Positions 12,605 through 25,403 of a DNA stretch of 64,000 nt are shown here, piece by piece. The position numbers and the translations under genes are program-made. The stretch lies in the NCBI RefSeq assembly GCF_036971445.1, contig NC_091478.1, forward strand, positions 80,600,001 to 80,664,000, read 5' to 3'. The notes beneath the pieces are model-generated. The model ran no database searches and was not told the DNA's origin. It saw nothing but the letters and a program-made list of their open reading frames with translations. The stretch comes from Narcine bancroftii (lineage: Eukaryota). Within the stretch, counting starts at the first letter, position 1. Every line of letters starts with the position of its first letter.

Positions 12605-13837
12605 CTGAAACAAGCCAATAAAGACCCCAACAATGAAGACGGTGTTTACATCCGGTACCGCACGGATGGCAGTCTCTTCAATCTGAGGCGCCTGCAATGC
12701 TCACACCAAGACAAAAGAGCAACTTGTCCGTGAACTACTCTTTGCAGATGATGCCGCTTTAGTTGCCCATTCAGAGCCAGCTCTCCAGCGCATGACGTCC
12801 TGTTTTACGGAAACTGCCAAAATGTTTGGCCTGGAAGTCGGCCTGAAGAAAACAGAGGTCCTCCATCAGCCAGCTCCCCACCATGACCACCAGCACCCCC
12901 CCACATCTCCATCGGGCACACTGAACTCAAAACGGTCAACCAGTTTACCTACCTCAGCTGCACAATTTCATCTGATGCAAGGATCGACAAAGAGATAGAC
13001 AACAGACTCGGCAAGGCAAATAGCGCCTTTGGAAGACTACACAAAAGAGTCTGGAAAAACAACCACTTGAAGAAACACACAAAGATCAGCGTGTACAGAG
13101 CCATTGTCATACCCACGCTCCTGTTTGGCTCCGAATCATGGGTCCTCTACCAGCATCACTTACGGCTCCTAGAACGCTTCCACCAGCGTTGTCTCCGCTC
13201 CATCCTCAAGATTCATTGGAATGACTTCATCACCAACATCAAAGTACTCGAGCTGGCAGAGTCCGCAAGCATCGAATCCACGCTGCTGAAGACCCAACTG
13301 CGCTGGGTGGGTCGCGTCTCCAGAATGGAGGACCAGTGCCTTCCCAAGATCGTGTTCTATGGCGAGCTCTCCACTGGCCACAGAGACAGAGGTGCACCAA
13401 AGAAGAGGTACAAGGACTGCTTAAAGAAATCTCTTGGTGCCTGCCACATTGACCACTGCCAGTGGGCTGATATCGCCTCCAACCGTGCATCTTGGCACCT
13501 CACAGTTCGGCGGGCAGCAACCTCCTTTGAAGAAGACCGCAGACCCCACCTCACTGACAAAAGACAAAGGAGGAAGAACCCAACACCCAACCCCAACCAA
13601 CCAATTTTCCCTTGCAACCAACCAATTTTCCCTTGCAACCAACCAATTTTCCCTTGCAACCAACCAATTTTCCCTTGCAACCAACCAATTTTCCCTTGCA
13701 ACCAACCAATTTTCCCTTGCAACCGCTGCAACCGTGCCTGCCTGTCCCACATCGGACTTGTCAGTTACCAACGAGCCTGCAGCAGACGTGGACATACCCC
13801 TCCATAAATCTTCGTCCGCAAAGCCAAGCCAAAGAAA
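12605..13837 (+). mobile_element. RTE-clade LINE, 5'-truncated, C-terminal part of ORF2 (RT)
   Basis: GVYIRYRTDGSLFNLRRL, ELLFADD (YADD box), KISVYRAIVIPTLLFGSESW, QLRWVGRVSRM, C-terminal CNRC..HIGL zinc-finger-like motif; frameshifted. Confidence 0.95.
13594..13719 (+). repeat. 21-bp minisatellite x6 (CAACCAACCAATTTTCCCTTG) inside the RTE
   Basis: Six perfect units giving NQPIFPC x6; at most one unit in the other RTE copies. Confidence 0.97.
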
Positions 13838-14424
13838 CATAGATGTGAGTGGAAAGAAAAAATTTGAAAACCACTGTTTTAATCATACCTAATTGACTAG
13901 TTATGTACACTTTCATAACTCCAAAGGAAATGGGTCAATGACAATTTTTCTCAAGCGAAATATTTCAGTGACAATTGGGTCTAGAGCAGTGATTCTCAAC
14001 CTTCCCTTCCCACTCATATAGCATTTTAAACAATCCCTTACTAATTCCAGAGCACACAAGGCATAGGGATTACTTAAAATGGTATGTGAGTGAAAAGAAA
14101 AAGGTTGAGAACCACTGGAGCTGGTGCTTCATAAAGATTCAACCTCAACTCTGCTTTTGCACCTATGTTCATGGTCCATGACCTTATCTGCTCTACTAAC
14201 CACTTTTTCAGAATGACTTGCTTGAATCTCTCCCATAAAATTCTTGCCTCTCCCCCAATCATAAGGAAATCCTTTGTATTGTCAAAGGCACTTGTTTGCA
14301 ACCATTGAAATAGCTCACCATTCAATTGTCCTCCAGTACTGCTCTGTCTGCTAGCATTCTTACCCAGTGTGAAGACCCCTAAATTGGCTCACTCCTGTAA
14401 CAAGTACCATTCTCCTGCTTCAAT

Positions 14425-14645
14425 GTTTTTAATTTAAAAATACAGCAATGTAACAGGCCATTTCAGCCCACATGCCTATGCCACCCAATTTACATCCAAC
14501 TAACCTACACCCCAAGTAGGTTTCGAGAAACCTGGAGTCTTAGGGAAAACCCAGCAGACACAAAGAGAATGCACAAAGTCCTTGTAGACAGCATGGGATT
14601 CAAAACCTGGTCCCAATCGCTAGTGCTACACCAACTGTGCTGCCC
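14425..14645 (-). mobile_element. V-domain SINE
   Basis: ATACAGCAATGTAACAGGCCATTTCAGCCC...GCACAAAGTCCTTGTAGACAG. Confidence 0.8.
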
Positions 14646-17600
14646 TCAAGTTAAGCCCATCTTACTTCCAATCAATATGCTATCCTTTGATAATATTATT
14701 CAAAACTCCAGCATTGGTTAAAACTGACAGCCATTGCCTCTGTCTCTTTTGTTGCTTCCATCAATTCTTCTACTGCTTCTAAACTGTTGGTTTGTTCAAA
14801 CATTGTCCGGAAATGGATGTGCAGCCAAGTGTTGATAGGACTGATGATGTCATTCCTTGTCCCAGTAATGAACTCTGTTGCACAGCGACTGATTCCATTC
14901 TCTTTCTGGGCAACTGCCTCGTTTTTTTAAATTGTTCATGGGAAGTGGACATGAATCACAATGACAAATTTAGTTACACATCCAAAATGGTTTTGTACTA
15001 AGTGACTTCTAAGACCACTTAAGTGAATCCATCACACTGGTGGGTGGGGAATCACTAAAGACCAAATAATGCAAGGATGACAGATTTTCATCCTTGAGTA
15101 TATTAACATCCCAGGTGGGTCTTTCAACAGTCTGGTAGTTTCATGATCACCTTTAATTATAATAGCTTCTCACTTCCAGATTTATTTAATCAACTGAATT
15201 TAATTTCCCCAGCTGTCAGGATGGGATTAAAAATCCTGTCTCCAGCTCAATAATCCAGACATCTGGATACTAACCACCTTGCTTTCTTAACAAGAATGAG
15301 ATGAAGACAAATAATAAATGCTGAACATCAGAGATATTTGGTAGTCAGCAACAATAGAACATGCGAGGAACCACCAAGAAATGTCAAACAGTTTGCCAGG
15401 GTTACAATGAATGTGCAAAAAGAAATGGGCATGAAAGTAAGAGAATGTAGAGAGAATCAGGAGAATAATTGCTCATTTCTAATGTTTTCAATGTTGAGGG
15501 TAGAAGAAATCAGAAATAATTGGGCATTATATATCTATAAGAATGACAAAATAAAGTAATTGATATCAAAGAGGAACTGGAGAAAATTTGGGACTTGCCT
15601 GCCGCAGATCCTGAATCCACTGTCAGCTTTGTGACTAACACTGCACTGGGTTTACTACTCTTAACTACATCAAGGAATAAGATTGAATATTGCCAAACTG
15701 GAGGTGATGGATCAAGTGGCCTACAGCCATTGTGATATCTCAAGTCTTGGAGTACGAAACTCTGACATCACACCTGTCACTTCATTTTATCACTGAGTTC
15801 CATGTAGATACCAGTGGCAGAGATCATATTTACTATGATCCTTTACATTCTTCCAGTGAAATCAGTCAGGATTCTAGATCTGAGGATCAAAAGGGAAGGG
15901 AAATTATTTAAAAAAAAAAATTGGATTGCTTTAATTTACTTTATTTTCCTATCTTTAATATGTGGGAATTAAGTTTATATGAAAAATATTTGTAATGGTT
16001 AATGTAGTCCTGATAGTTCTTAACTGTCTTAATGTCGAGACTTTGAAATGTGCTAAAATCCTTGATAGGTTTAATGGGGGAACAGTTTCACCTCCAGCTT
16101 TGCCTCCTGTTAAAAGCTATTAGAGGCATATTGAGGGAATCTCCAGGCTACACCTCCTGAGGTCATGTTTCCTTGAGTGCCTACAGGATATGGAGATCCA
16201 GTAAAGGTCAGGAATAGATGAGTAGATGAGCTGGTGACTTTGGGTGATTGACGTCATCTTGCCCATGCACTTGAATGAAAAGAGAAAAGAAAGCATTGCC
16301 TTCTTCAATTGCATAAGCTCATTGAAGATTTTGTTTGTAGTTCTATTTTTGGCTGAGTACTGAACTACCCAAAGGCTGGGTCATTTGATCTGGCATTATG
16401 GAATTCAGACCGCCAAAACAGGAATTTAAATTTGTAATAAAATAAAACTGGAATATAAAACTTGGATGATTGAATCTATTGGATTATCAGAATTTCCCAG
16501 GATATCATAACTGCTCCAGGGAATGATTCAAACAATTATATTTTGGGGAATGTTTGAAATGAACATGCATAACATTTAAAATTAGTGTAAGAAAAATAAT
16601 TCCTCAATTGTTGTTTATTCATGATAACTTAAATCTTTAATTGTAAACAGGCACAAAGACAAAGTGAAACGAGGTTAGCAAACATTTTCAAATAAGTACA
16701 AAACTATTATGCAAGCTTGTCCAGAAGTTTTGCATAAATTCACAAATCCAAGTTGGAACAGTTAGGAAGTAGTAGTGCTCTTCTGAAGTTTCTTCAAGAC
16801 AAAATAGAAAGCAGAAAAAAATAAAACTTTTTTATGAATACCTTGATGATCTTGCTGAATAAAATGAACAAAAGAATTCCTCTCCCATGTTGGCGCTGAC
16901 AAAAAAAACTTTAATCGACACTGCTCCCAAGCCCTAACTCTTCAGCGCTGATCCAGAATGGAAAAGACAAAATCTTGGACTCACACCTTGAGGAACATGG
17001 GAGGAAAAAAAAACAAGCTCTGGCTCTAAGTGTCAAACTTCTGGAATGTCATGAGATATTTTTGCTGTTTTTCCAAAAAAAATAATTACAAAAGGAATTT
17101 GGGGTAGGAGCAGAATGAGCTTGACTTAACAACAGTTGACCTTTAGTACATAGCTGTACAAGAGTATTACTGATGTTCTTGTTTGATTACAGTTTGACTC
17201 TTATCTCTAGCGTCACAGTGGAAATGTTAAACTATATTTTAGAAGCTGTGCTAACTTTCCTCTTTATAAATTGAGCCATCCCCTTTTCTGAATGTTGCTG
17301 AGGTCTCCCTAAATGGAAAGAGCAGAGTTGTCTGCCAGCTAGTTATGCCTGTTTATTTCTACCACCAGGCTGAAGCTTTATTCCTCATTACCCCACCCAG
17401 AAACCACAGATGGGAAAATGCTGTCTTCGTGATTTCACGTATCCTTGTAAAGTATGGAAACTAAATGTAATTTGAACATCCTCTAACAAGCAGAGGTTGA
17501 TAACTGCACGATAACAAGCAAAAGGTAAAGTTACCATTTGCATTATTATTTTCTTTATTTTGATAGATTTCCAAATCACTGTGACAATAAATATAATCTT

Positions 17601-18529
17601 TCAGATTTGTGACCTAAATTGAAATAGTTCTTGCTGTAAACATCCTATGTAAAACTGGCTGAATAAATCTTATCCAGTTTCCAATGAATTTTTTCCCTCA
17701 ATACAAAGCTTGTCTCTAACGCTGCATTAATTAACAATGTTATTGAAAGCACAGGATGCCTTTAGTGAAGGGGGTGCTGTGGAGGGTGCATGGCTGAGAT
17801 TAGGGCTGGAGCACAATAAGAGGTACTTTGAATTGTTTTATGGAACTGGGGTCTGCAAGCGGAATCATGAATTTATTCACTTCCAAAATATTTCATCTGA
17901 TGAAAACAAAGAAGGAATAATAGATTATACCTCAAACCCACAGCCAAAACTTCACCTGCACAATGCCCAAATAAACCATTGTATCAAACATGTGTTAATG
18001 AAATGTCCACATTTTTGAATAAATTAATATCAGATATTGATAATTGATAGGCTTGTTGGCAAATATTTTTTATGCACATTGATTCTTAAGTTTCAACCTT
18101 TGGTGTCAGCAATAGTTCATGTAAAGTACAAAAATATATTTCAGTTCAGATTTTTTTGACTTATGATAGGCCCAGTTCACTCAAAGAAGAGCTGAGTTTT
18201 CATAATACTGAAGGGTCAAACGCATCTCTCCTGCTATCAAAGGCCAGAATGCTGTGTGGCTCTCTTCTAAATGAACCTTGAGCCCCATATAATTTCAGCT
18301 GGCCTCTCTTCGAAATCATGTGGTCTCAAGTCCCAGAATAAAATCCTGTGGAAAGAGTAGCTCTGCGTTCAACAGAAAAAAGTGTTAAAGAAAAATAAAG
18401 TGATAAAAGATATAGCTTGCGTGGCAGGAGGCTTGTGAGAACATATCATGCAGTTACCAACACACCTGCCTGCGCTGCTCTCAATGTCGAGGAATATTTC
18501 TCTTCACAGTTACACTGAGGAGGCAGGAG

Positions 18530-19540
18530 GAAGGTAGCTGGGTGACAGTCAGGAGAGGGAAAGGGAATAGGCAGTCAGTGCAGGGTACCCCTGTGTCCAT
18601 TCCCCTGAATAACTTTGATATTTGTTGAGGGGGAGCGACCTACCAGGGGCAAGCCATGGAGGTCAGTTCTCTGGCATGGAACCTGGCCCTGTGGATAGGA
18701 TGCGAAGGTTGGAAAAGAGGTGAGCTATAGTGATAGAGGATTCCTTAGATAGGAGTTCTGTGGAAGAGATCGAGAATCATGAATAGTACGTTGCTTCTCA
18801 GCTGCCAGGTTCCATGATATCTCAGATCAAATTCACAGCAATCTCAAGTGGAAGGGTGAGCGCCATGATGTTGTGGTCCATTTATGGATCAATAATGGAG
18901 AAAGGAAGGGTGTTGAGGTCCTGCAAAGAGAGTTGAGGGAGTTAAGTGCTAAGGACATGATTTCCAGTTGTGATCTCAAGATTTCTACCCATGACGTGTG
19001 CAAGTGAGGTGAGAAATAGGAGGATAATGCAGCTTAACAATTGGCTAAAGAGATGGTGCAGGAGGAAGTGTTTTGGGTTTCTAGATCATGTGGCTCTCTT
19101 CCATGGAAGGTGGGACATGTTCCAATGGGAAAGTTTGCACCTGAACTGGATGGGGACTAATATCCTTGTGGGAAGGTTTACTCATGCTGCTCCAGTGGGG
19201 GGCAGGGAGGGGCTAAACTAATTTGACAGGAGTTGGGCACCAAAAGGAGAAGGCAAAGAATAGATCAGATGGTGGAAAGGTTGAAGTGAATTTGTGAGAA
19301 AGGACAGGAAGTGGTGGGAGCATAAATGTAGTCAGTTGGAGGGTTTGGCGTGTTTTTATTTCAATGCAAGTGTTAGGAATGAGGAAGGTGAATGTGAGGC
19401 ATGGATCAATACATGGAATTATGATGTTATTGCCATTACAGAGATTTGGCTGATGCAAGGACAGGATTGGCTGATATAGGGATGGGGGTTTAGATGTTCT
19501 AGAAGGGATAGGAAAGGGAGTAAAATGTAGAGGTGGCACT
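18530..19540 (+). mobile_element. CR1 LINE 5' fragment: ORF1 SGNH-esterase remnant plus start of the ORF2 endonuclease
   Basis: AIVIEDS (GDS-like), LNNWLKRWCRRKCFGFLDH...LHLNWMGT, then CFYFNAS..WNYDVIAITEIWL. Confidence 0.88.
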
Positions 19541-20557
19541 TTAACTGCTTACTGCTGTATTGTTGAAGTCCTGAGCAAAGAGAGAAACTCAAAGGTTTTC
19601 ATAAACAAATGGGGCTTTTGCATAATTTGGTAGCTCTGTAGGGCTCACAATAATGCAAATGTTTATAAATGACATCCATGCCTTTACTCAACAGATCCTT
19701 TCTGCGACTAACATTTCCATAATGCAGTTACCCCTGCGATAACTGCTCTTTGGAGAAATGTTGCTTCTGCTCCACTGGAGAGACTTTACTCTCCATCTCT
19801 GCCATTCACTCCCATCCCATCCTGGAACTGAGATGTGGCCTGAGATCAGTGCTGTGAAGAAAAGTGTTGGTGATACAATTTGATCCATAATGTCTCTTAT
19901 TCCTGAAGTAGGACAGGAGCAGAGAGACACTATTAGTGCTGTCTAGGAACTGACACAAATATGTTTCATGTTTTGTTCAAAGGTTTTTAAATATGGATCA
20001 AGGAAATTGTTAATACCATTTTTAACATTGGAAAAATTGCAGTTAAATTTCTAGGTTGTGTCATCAAAGATCCATAGTAGTTAAGTACTTTATGAAGAAA
20101 TAACATAGAACCAAATTAGGTGATACAATAAAGAGGAATCAATTAACATTTATTTATTCAAAATTATGCAATATTCAGTAATATGCATCAATTAAACAGC
20201 ATAATCAACTGTATAGGACACATTGGTTAGAGGCAGGGCACCTCAATTTGTACATCCACACAGTTGTAATACGAGTTGTCAAAGCCATCAATTACATTGG
20301 AGATGGTGCTTATAAATGGAACACCTTCATCTCCTAGAAAGAGAGTAGGCTGATTATAATGTAAATCAGTGTACAACATTCATTTAACATTAGCCATGCT
20401 GAATTGGACCCCAATGGTCTTGCATGTGTTCACATACATAGTATCACACCCATGTCTATTCAACCTTGTGATATCTCTTGTCACAAGGTATGATCATATC
20501 TGCAATACTTTCCCTTCCTGTTGCAAGAGGGGCAAGGTAGATCATTGAAGTGAAAGT

Positions 20558-20811
20558 GATTACTTGTGAGTGGGGGAAAAAGGTTGAAAACCACTGCTCT
20601 AGACCCAATTGTTACTGAAATATTTTCCTTTGGAGTTATGAAACCATGCACATAATGATTCAATTGGGTACAATTAAAACAGTGGTTTTCAGATGTTTTC
20701 TTTCTACCCACATACCACCTTAAGCAATCCCTTACTAATCACAGAGCACCTATGGAAGAGAGATTACTTAAAGTGGTATGTGAGTGGAAAGAAAAAGTTT
20801 GAAAATCACTG
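20558..20811 (-). mobile_element. Truncated copy of the composite hAT-Charlie-like MITE
   Basis: Reverse-complement match to 22167-22531, including the spacer; flanked by Charlie-like target GTTTAGAG. Confidence 0.85.
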
Positions 20812-20932
20812 GTTTAGAGGGATACAGGTCAAACAGTGGCAAACGGAACTAGCTTAGCTAGATGACATTGTTGGCAGGGAGAAATTGAGCCAAAGGGCCT
20901 GTTTAGATGCTGTAGAACCTGATGCTCTACAA
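20812..20932 (+). mobile_element. CR1 3' tail fragment
   Basis: GGTTTAGAGGGATA...GAGCCAAAGGGCCTGTTT..TGCTGTA. Confidence 0.65.
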
Positions 20933-21600
20933 CTTGAAGGAGAAATAGCCTGGGCTTCACCCTTCCTGGAACTGTTTTAATTGTTAAGTTCAAGGCAAAT
21001 ATTAATAATACCTTTAAAATCAGAAAACACTATCTGGAAAAGTATCTTATCTAAATGCAATTAGATTCATTGCAACTCTAAGTATGAAACCTTTTCATGG
21101 TGAAGAAATGATCTGTAAAACCACTGTGAGGTAACATGATAGGTTATCGCAAGGTGACCACATTCCAGCTGAAATTTAAACTGGTTTTTGATTCTTAATT
21201 TAAGTTTTTTCTTTTCCTACTGCCAGATTATTATTTGTAAATTTGCTCAAAATATGTTACATGAAAGTATGGCTTCATACAACATTTGGTTGCTCATTAC
21301 AAATGCTTTGATCACAATATCTTTGAAATTCCTGCTCTCATCTATAATTCACTTTCAGGTGTAAATCTAGATAGTATAACCATGTTCTGACATAATCTTT
21401 GTATACTTGAGTGTATTGCTGTTTTCAAACAGCATTTTAATTTCAAAAACAAGTACTAAAAATGCTTGCACAAATATTTTGAGGTTTTACTGAGCGTCTT
21501 AGCTAAAATAATTTAAAGAAAAAAGACAACTGCTGCCTTCATACTATTTTTTTGTATCCCACAGATCTTTTGTGGCATTTCCTACATGTACAGTACTTGA

Positions 21601-21830
21601 GGGTTGCACGGTTGTCGAAGTGGTTAGCGCAACGCCATTACAATGCTACCAATCGGGACCAGACCTGGGTTTGAATCCCGCACTGTCTGTAAGGAGTTCT
21701 ACCCATGGCTGTGTGGTTTTCCCCGAAAGTTCAGGTTTCCTTCCACCTTTCAAAAACACACTGGGATGTAGTTAATGGGGTGTCATTTGGGCAGCGCAGA
21801 CCTGTAGGGGCCGAATTTAATTTTTAAAAA
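21601..21830 (+). mobile_element. V-domain SINE
   Basis: GGTTAGCGCAACGCC, GGGTTTGAATCCCG B box, TGTAAGGAGTT. Confidence 0.82.
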
Positions 21831-22166
21831 ATACTTTGGGGTCTCAGAATAAGATTTTGCTGACTGCCCTAATCTAGATAAGACCAATAATTAAATACTC
21901 ACTGTTGATACCAGACTTCCTAATATAAATTAATGAATAAATTGCTTATCCATTTCAGACCTTGTCAGAAGCTTCTGGTTTTCTTTTTAGATTGTATTGG
22001 TTCTATAGCAAAGGGCTGACACATAGATTGTGATGCTGAACCCAAGACTCTTGTGAACTTCCAATGACAAATCTGCAGTGCACTCTATTGATTGATTATG
22101 CCACATTTTGCAGAGGTATTATTGTCTTACCATTGGTGTTGTTTAACTAGCTTTGTCCATTTAAGG

Positions 22167-22531
22167 CAGGGCATCGCAACCTTTTTCTTTCCACTCACAT
22201 ACAACTTTAAGTATTCCCGATGCCATAGGTGTTCTCTGATTAGTAAGGTATTGCTTAAGGTGGTATGTGGATGGAAAGAAAAAGTTTGAAAACAACTGTT
22301 TTAATCGTACCTAATTGACTCATTATGTGCATGGTTTCATACTTCCAAAGGAAATGGGCCAATGGCAATCTTTCTCAAACAAAATATTTCAGTAACGATT
22401 GGGTCTAGAGCAGTGATTCTCAACCTTCCCTTCCCACTCACATATCACCTTAAGCAATCCCTTACTAATCACAGAGCGCCGATGGCATAGGGATTACTTA
22501 GAAGTGGAAAGAAAAAGGTTGAGAACCATTG
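22167..22531. mobile_element. Composite hAT-Charlie-like MITE with perfect 8-bp TSD
   Basis: TSD ATTTAAGG at 22159-22166 and 22532-22539; two palindromic units (22167-22298, 22411-22531) separated by a ~112-bp spacer. Confidence 0.92.
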
Positions 22532-24538
22532 ATTTAAGGCAACAGTATGTAATCCTTAATGTTAAGACATTGAAATCAATTCAGAGAATGGTATCTTTGG
22601 TGGAAATAAGCAACATTGGAAAAGCCAATCATTATGAATGCCTTATAAATTACATTTCAAAATTACAATTGCCTCTAGAAGAGAATATAATCCAAAGTCA
22701 TTCAGAGTTAAATTGCTCCTTGATCTTGTGAATGTATGAATTGAAATGTGCAAGTTAGTTTCAGGCTACATTCCAGCAATCAAAATCTGATTGTTTTCTG
22801 TCATTTAAATCTGGCTGATCAGATTATCTTCTGCAGTCGTACGATTGTTTATTTTACATCCATTTTATAAAGCTCAGGTGAAATAACATGCTCTTTATAG
22901 GAAGTACCCATGTTTATTTGTATGTCATCAATGACAATGGTGTAACTTACAGTTACTGTTACTTGTTTTCATTTAAATATAATTTTTTAATTCTACAGTG
23001 GCACAATTAACATTGTTGTGAAACATTTCTGAAATCTGATAAATTTGTTTTAGCTTCCATATTTAATCAACACTTTCATAGATAAATAACCCAATTTAAA
23101 GATCTCATATTTGTATTGCAAATGTCATAGTCTGTCTACTTCAGTTCATGATCAAAAGATAGATTTATGCTAGCTAGTGGAAGGATTGTAAGACACTTTT
23201 GATCTTGTCTCTTTCCATTTAACCCAGCAAAAAAAAAAATGTATGCAAGTTGGGGAAAATGTACTCAGGATTCACCTCTTGCAAAAGGCAACAGAGCTTC
23301 ATTCTGTTTCAAGTTGTAAAACTTCTGTCGGGTAGTTGCTTAGGAATGCCGCTTAATACGATGCAAAAAAAAAACAAATGGCAGGAAGAACACCAATGGC
23401 AAACTCCAAACTCTGGAGGCAAAGTGTGGTTGTGGTTGACTGGAGACACAAGGCACTGCAGAAGCTGGACTCTGTGGAGGGGGGTGGGGGGGGGAGGAGA
23501 CAAACTTCAGCAAAATCCCTGCACCTACAGGCATTGGTGGATAGGTGACTTTCCAAGTTGCTTGAGGCTGTGTGTTACATGAATGGAGAACTAATGGCAA
23601 GATGCGCCAATTTTAATCTTCCATATTTTTTACCCATTTATCTTCTGTTTATATTTGTTGCCAGTTGCTTGAGGGTGCCGGCTCCTTGAAATCTGGATAT
23701 CAGGGATTTTACTGTACTTGAAGAATTTGCTGTACAGATCTTTGATTTAACATCGTCATTGTTGGATTGCTGTTTCTCAGAGCTCACTGTGAAGAAATTA
23801 GCTGACATGATCTCTTTATTGCAATAGCAAGTATGTTGTTTTTTTAAAAAGGCAAAATGCTGAACATTGTCTTAGAAACATTTTCCTTCCTTGATCTATA
23901 TATGACATTTTAACCAGCTCAAGTACTAAAAATACCCTACCTTCTACATTACATGTTCTCTCCATCTGAAATTCTTCCAGCCCAATGAAATGGGTATTTT
24001 GAATTCACACTGTGGCTGCTGGGATTTTCTTTGTTTATTAACTTATGGATATAAAAATACAGACAGAAATACATTAAGCCTCTTCTCTATCCATCATGAT
24101 TAAACAAATTGTGATGTCAGAAGAAAATTCCAATGACCTTTGCTCGAGTCAGAATTAATAAAGTCACTTATCAGACTGATTGGAATTCCTATCCATCTGC
24201 ATTATAGTTAAAATCCTTATTGATTGTTGACCTCTCGAAAAGGATTTGGAATTTCAGCCAAAGTGTTTGTCTGTATTGAGGTGTTTGAAGGGTCCAGGTC
24301 TGGGCACATTAATTAAAATCTTCATTAATTTTTAAATTATATTCTATAATACATCATGTTACTTCAGTCAGTGACATGAATCCCGAGGATAATTGGAGCA
24401 AACACAAAAATGTAAAAAGAAAATTAATCAAAATCACTGTTTTTTTAAACCATTGTTACTTTGGATTCAAAAAGATGTTCAATTAAGTTGTATAATTAAC
24501 TATTACATGTAAAAATCTCTGCTGCTTTGCTTTATTTC

Positions 24539-24545
<7 letters not shown>

Positions 24546-24577
<32 letters not shown>
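24546..24577. repeat. (AT)n microsatellite
   Basis: Direct read. Confidence 0.97.
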
Positions 24578-24580
<3 letters not shown>

Positions 24581-24582
24581 TT

Positions 24583-24720
24583 AACACAAAAGTCTGCAGA
24601 CACCATGGTTGAAGTAAAAAGACAATTCTGGAGAACCTCAGCAGGTCAAACAGTGTCCTTTATATAGCAAAGATATAGATACAGAACTAACATTTCAGGC
24701 TTGAGGCCTTCATCAAGGTA
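24583..24720 (-). mobile_element. Penelope-like element terminal fragment with hammerhead-like core
   Basis: Similar to the end at 30789; minus strand TTGATGA-AGGCCTCAAGCCT-GAAA. Confidence 0.7.
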
Positions 24721-25051
24721 CCACACACAATGAGTGTAAATTAAAAGAGGAAATGCTGGCAACAGTTGCAAAGGAAATGTGGGAACTGACGTGGGCCCTA
24801 TTGATGAGAAGGGAGGGCATATCCTTAGTTTAAAAAAAGAGAAAGGCACATCAGAAGCAGGGATTAGGAGAACACGTTGCCAGAATAAACCTGATGGGGA
24901 TAGAAAATTAGTGAGAATGGAGATGGAGTTTTGGTGAAATGAGGTTGTAGGTGGTGAGGAAAAATAAATGTGTTTCAAGGAGATTCAGGTAACTTGATCA
25001 GATTTGCCTTTTTGGTTAAGGTTACTACATCTATTTATTTGTATCTCTCCT

Positions 25052-25328
25052 TGTCGGGCACTGTTAGCCAGAATCAGACACACACAAAGATAAAGACTGT
25101 ACAACAGGCTTTAATCCACAAAGACTTCCACAGAGCCAGGCTGGCTATGGCTGCAGCAACTCTGAGTGAGGCCTCGGGAGGCCGGCGCAGGCTTATATCC
25201 CGGAGGGAGATTGACACCCAATGCTTGATCCATTCAAGCCGACTGATTGACAGCCGGCTAGGTGTTGTCCTGTCCCCTTACACTCCTAAAGGTTGCCCCC
25301 TGCAGTAGGCCAGTGGTGTACCAACACA
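25052..25328 (-). repeat. 3' LTR of the Gypsy element
   Basis: Direct repeat of 29753-30181; on the minus strand, TATA-like ATATAAG near 25192-25198 and ATTAAA at 25110-25115. Confidence 0.93.
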
Positions 25329-25343
25329 TTCACCCCCTTCTTT
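25329..25343 (-). other. Polypurine tract AAAGAAGGGGGTGAA
   Basis: Directly abuts the 3' LTR. Confidence 0.88.
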
Positions 25344-25403
25344 AAAATTGTCCCGAGGGGGGGGCAGTAACAAGGAATCACACCCACTATGTACGTACAA
25401 TAT

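Larger units (their letters stand above)
12512..14117. mobile_element. Composite hAT-Charlie-like MITE interrupted by an RTE insertion
   Basis: Termini CAGTGGTTCTC / GAGAACCACTG; collinear with the intact copy at 22167-22531 once 12605-13837 is removed. Confidence 0.85.

Noticed and set aside
13067-13807. 246-aa ORF as a host gene with Cys-rich repeats
   Set aside because: RTE ORF2 C-terminus plus a minisatellite
14900-15290. Possible old shark SINE/LINE on the minus strand
   Set aside because: Resembles a common elasmobranch repeat, but boundaries and family cannot be supported by eye
21601-21690. tRNA gene (and other SINE heads)
   Set aside because: A/B-box remnants run into V-SINE bodies; no cloverleaf
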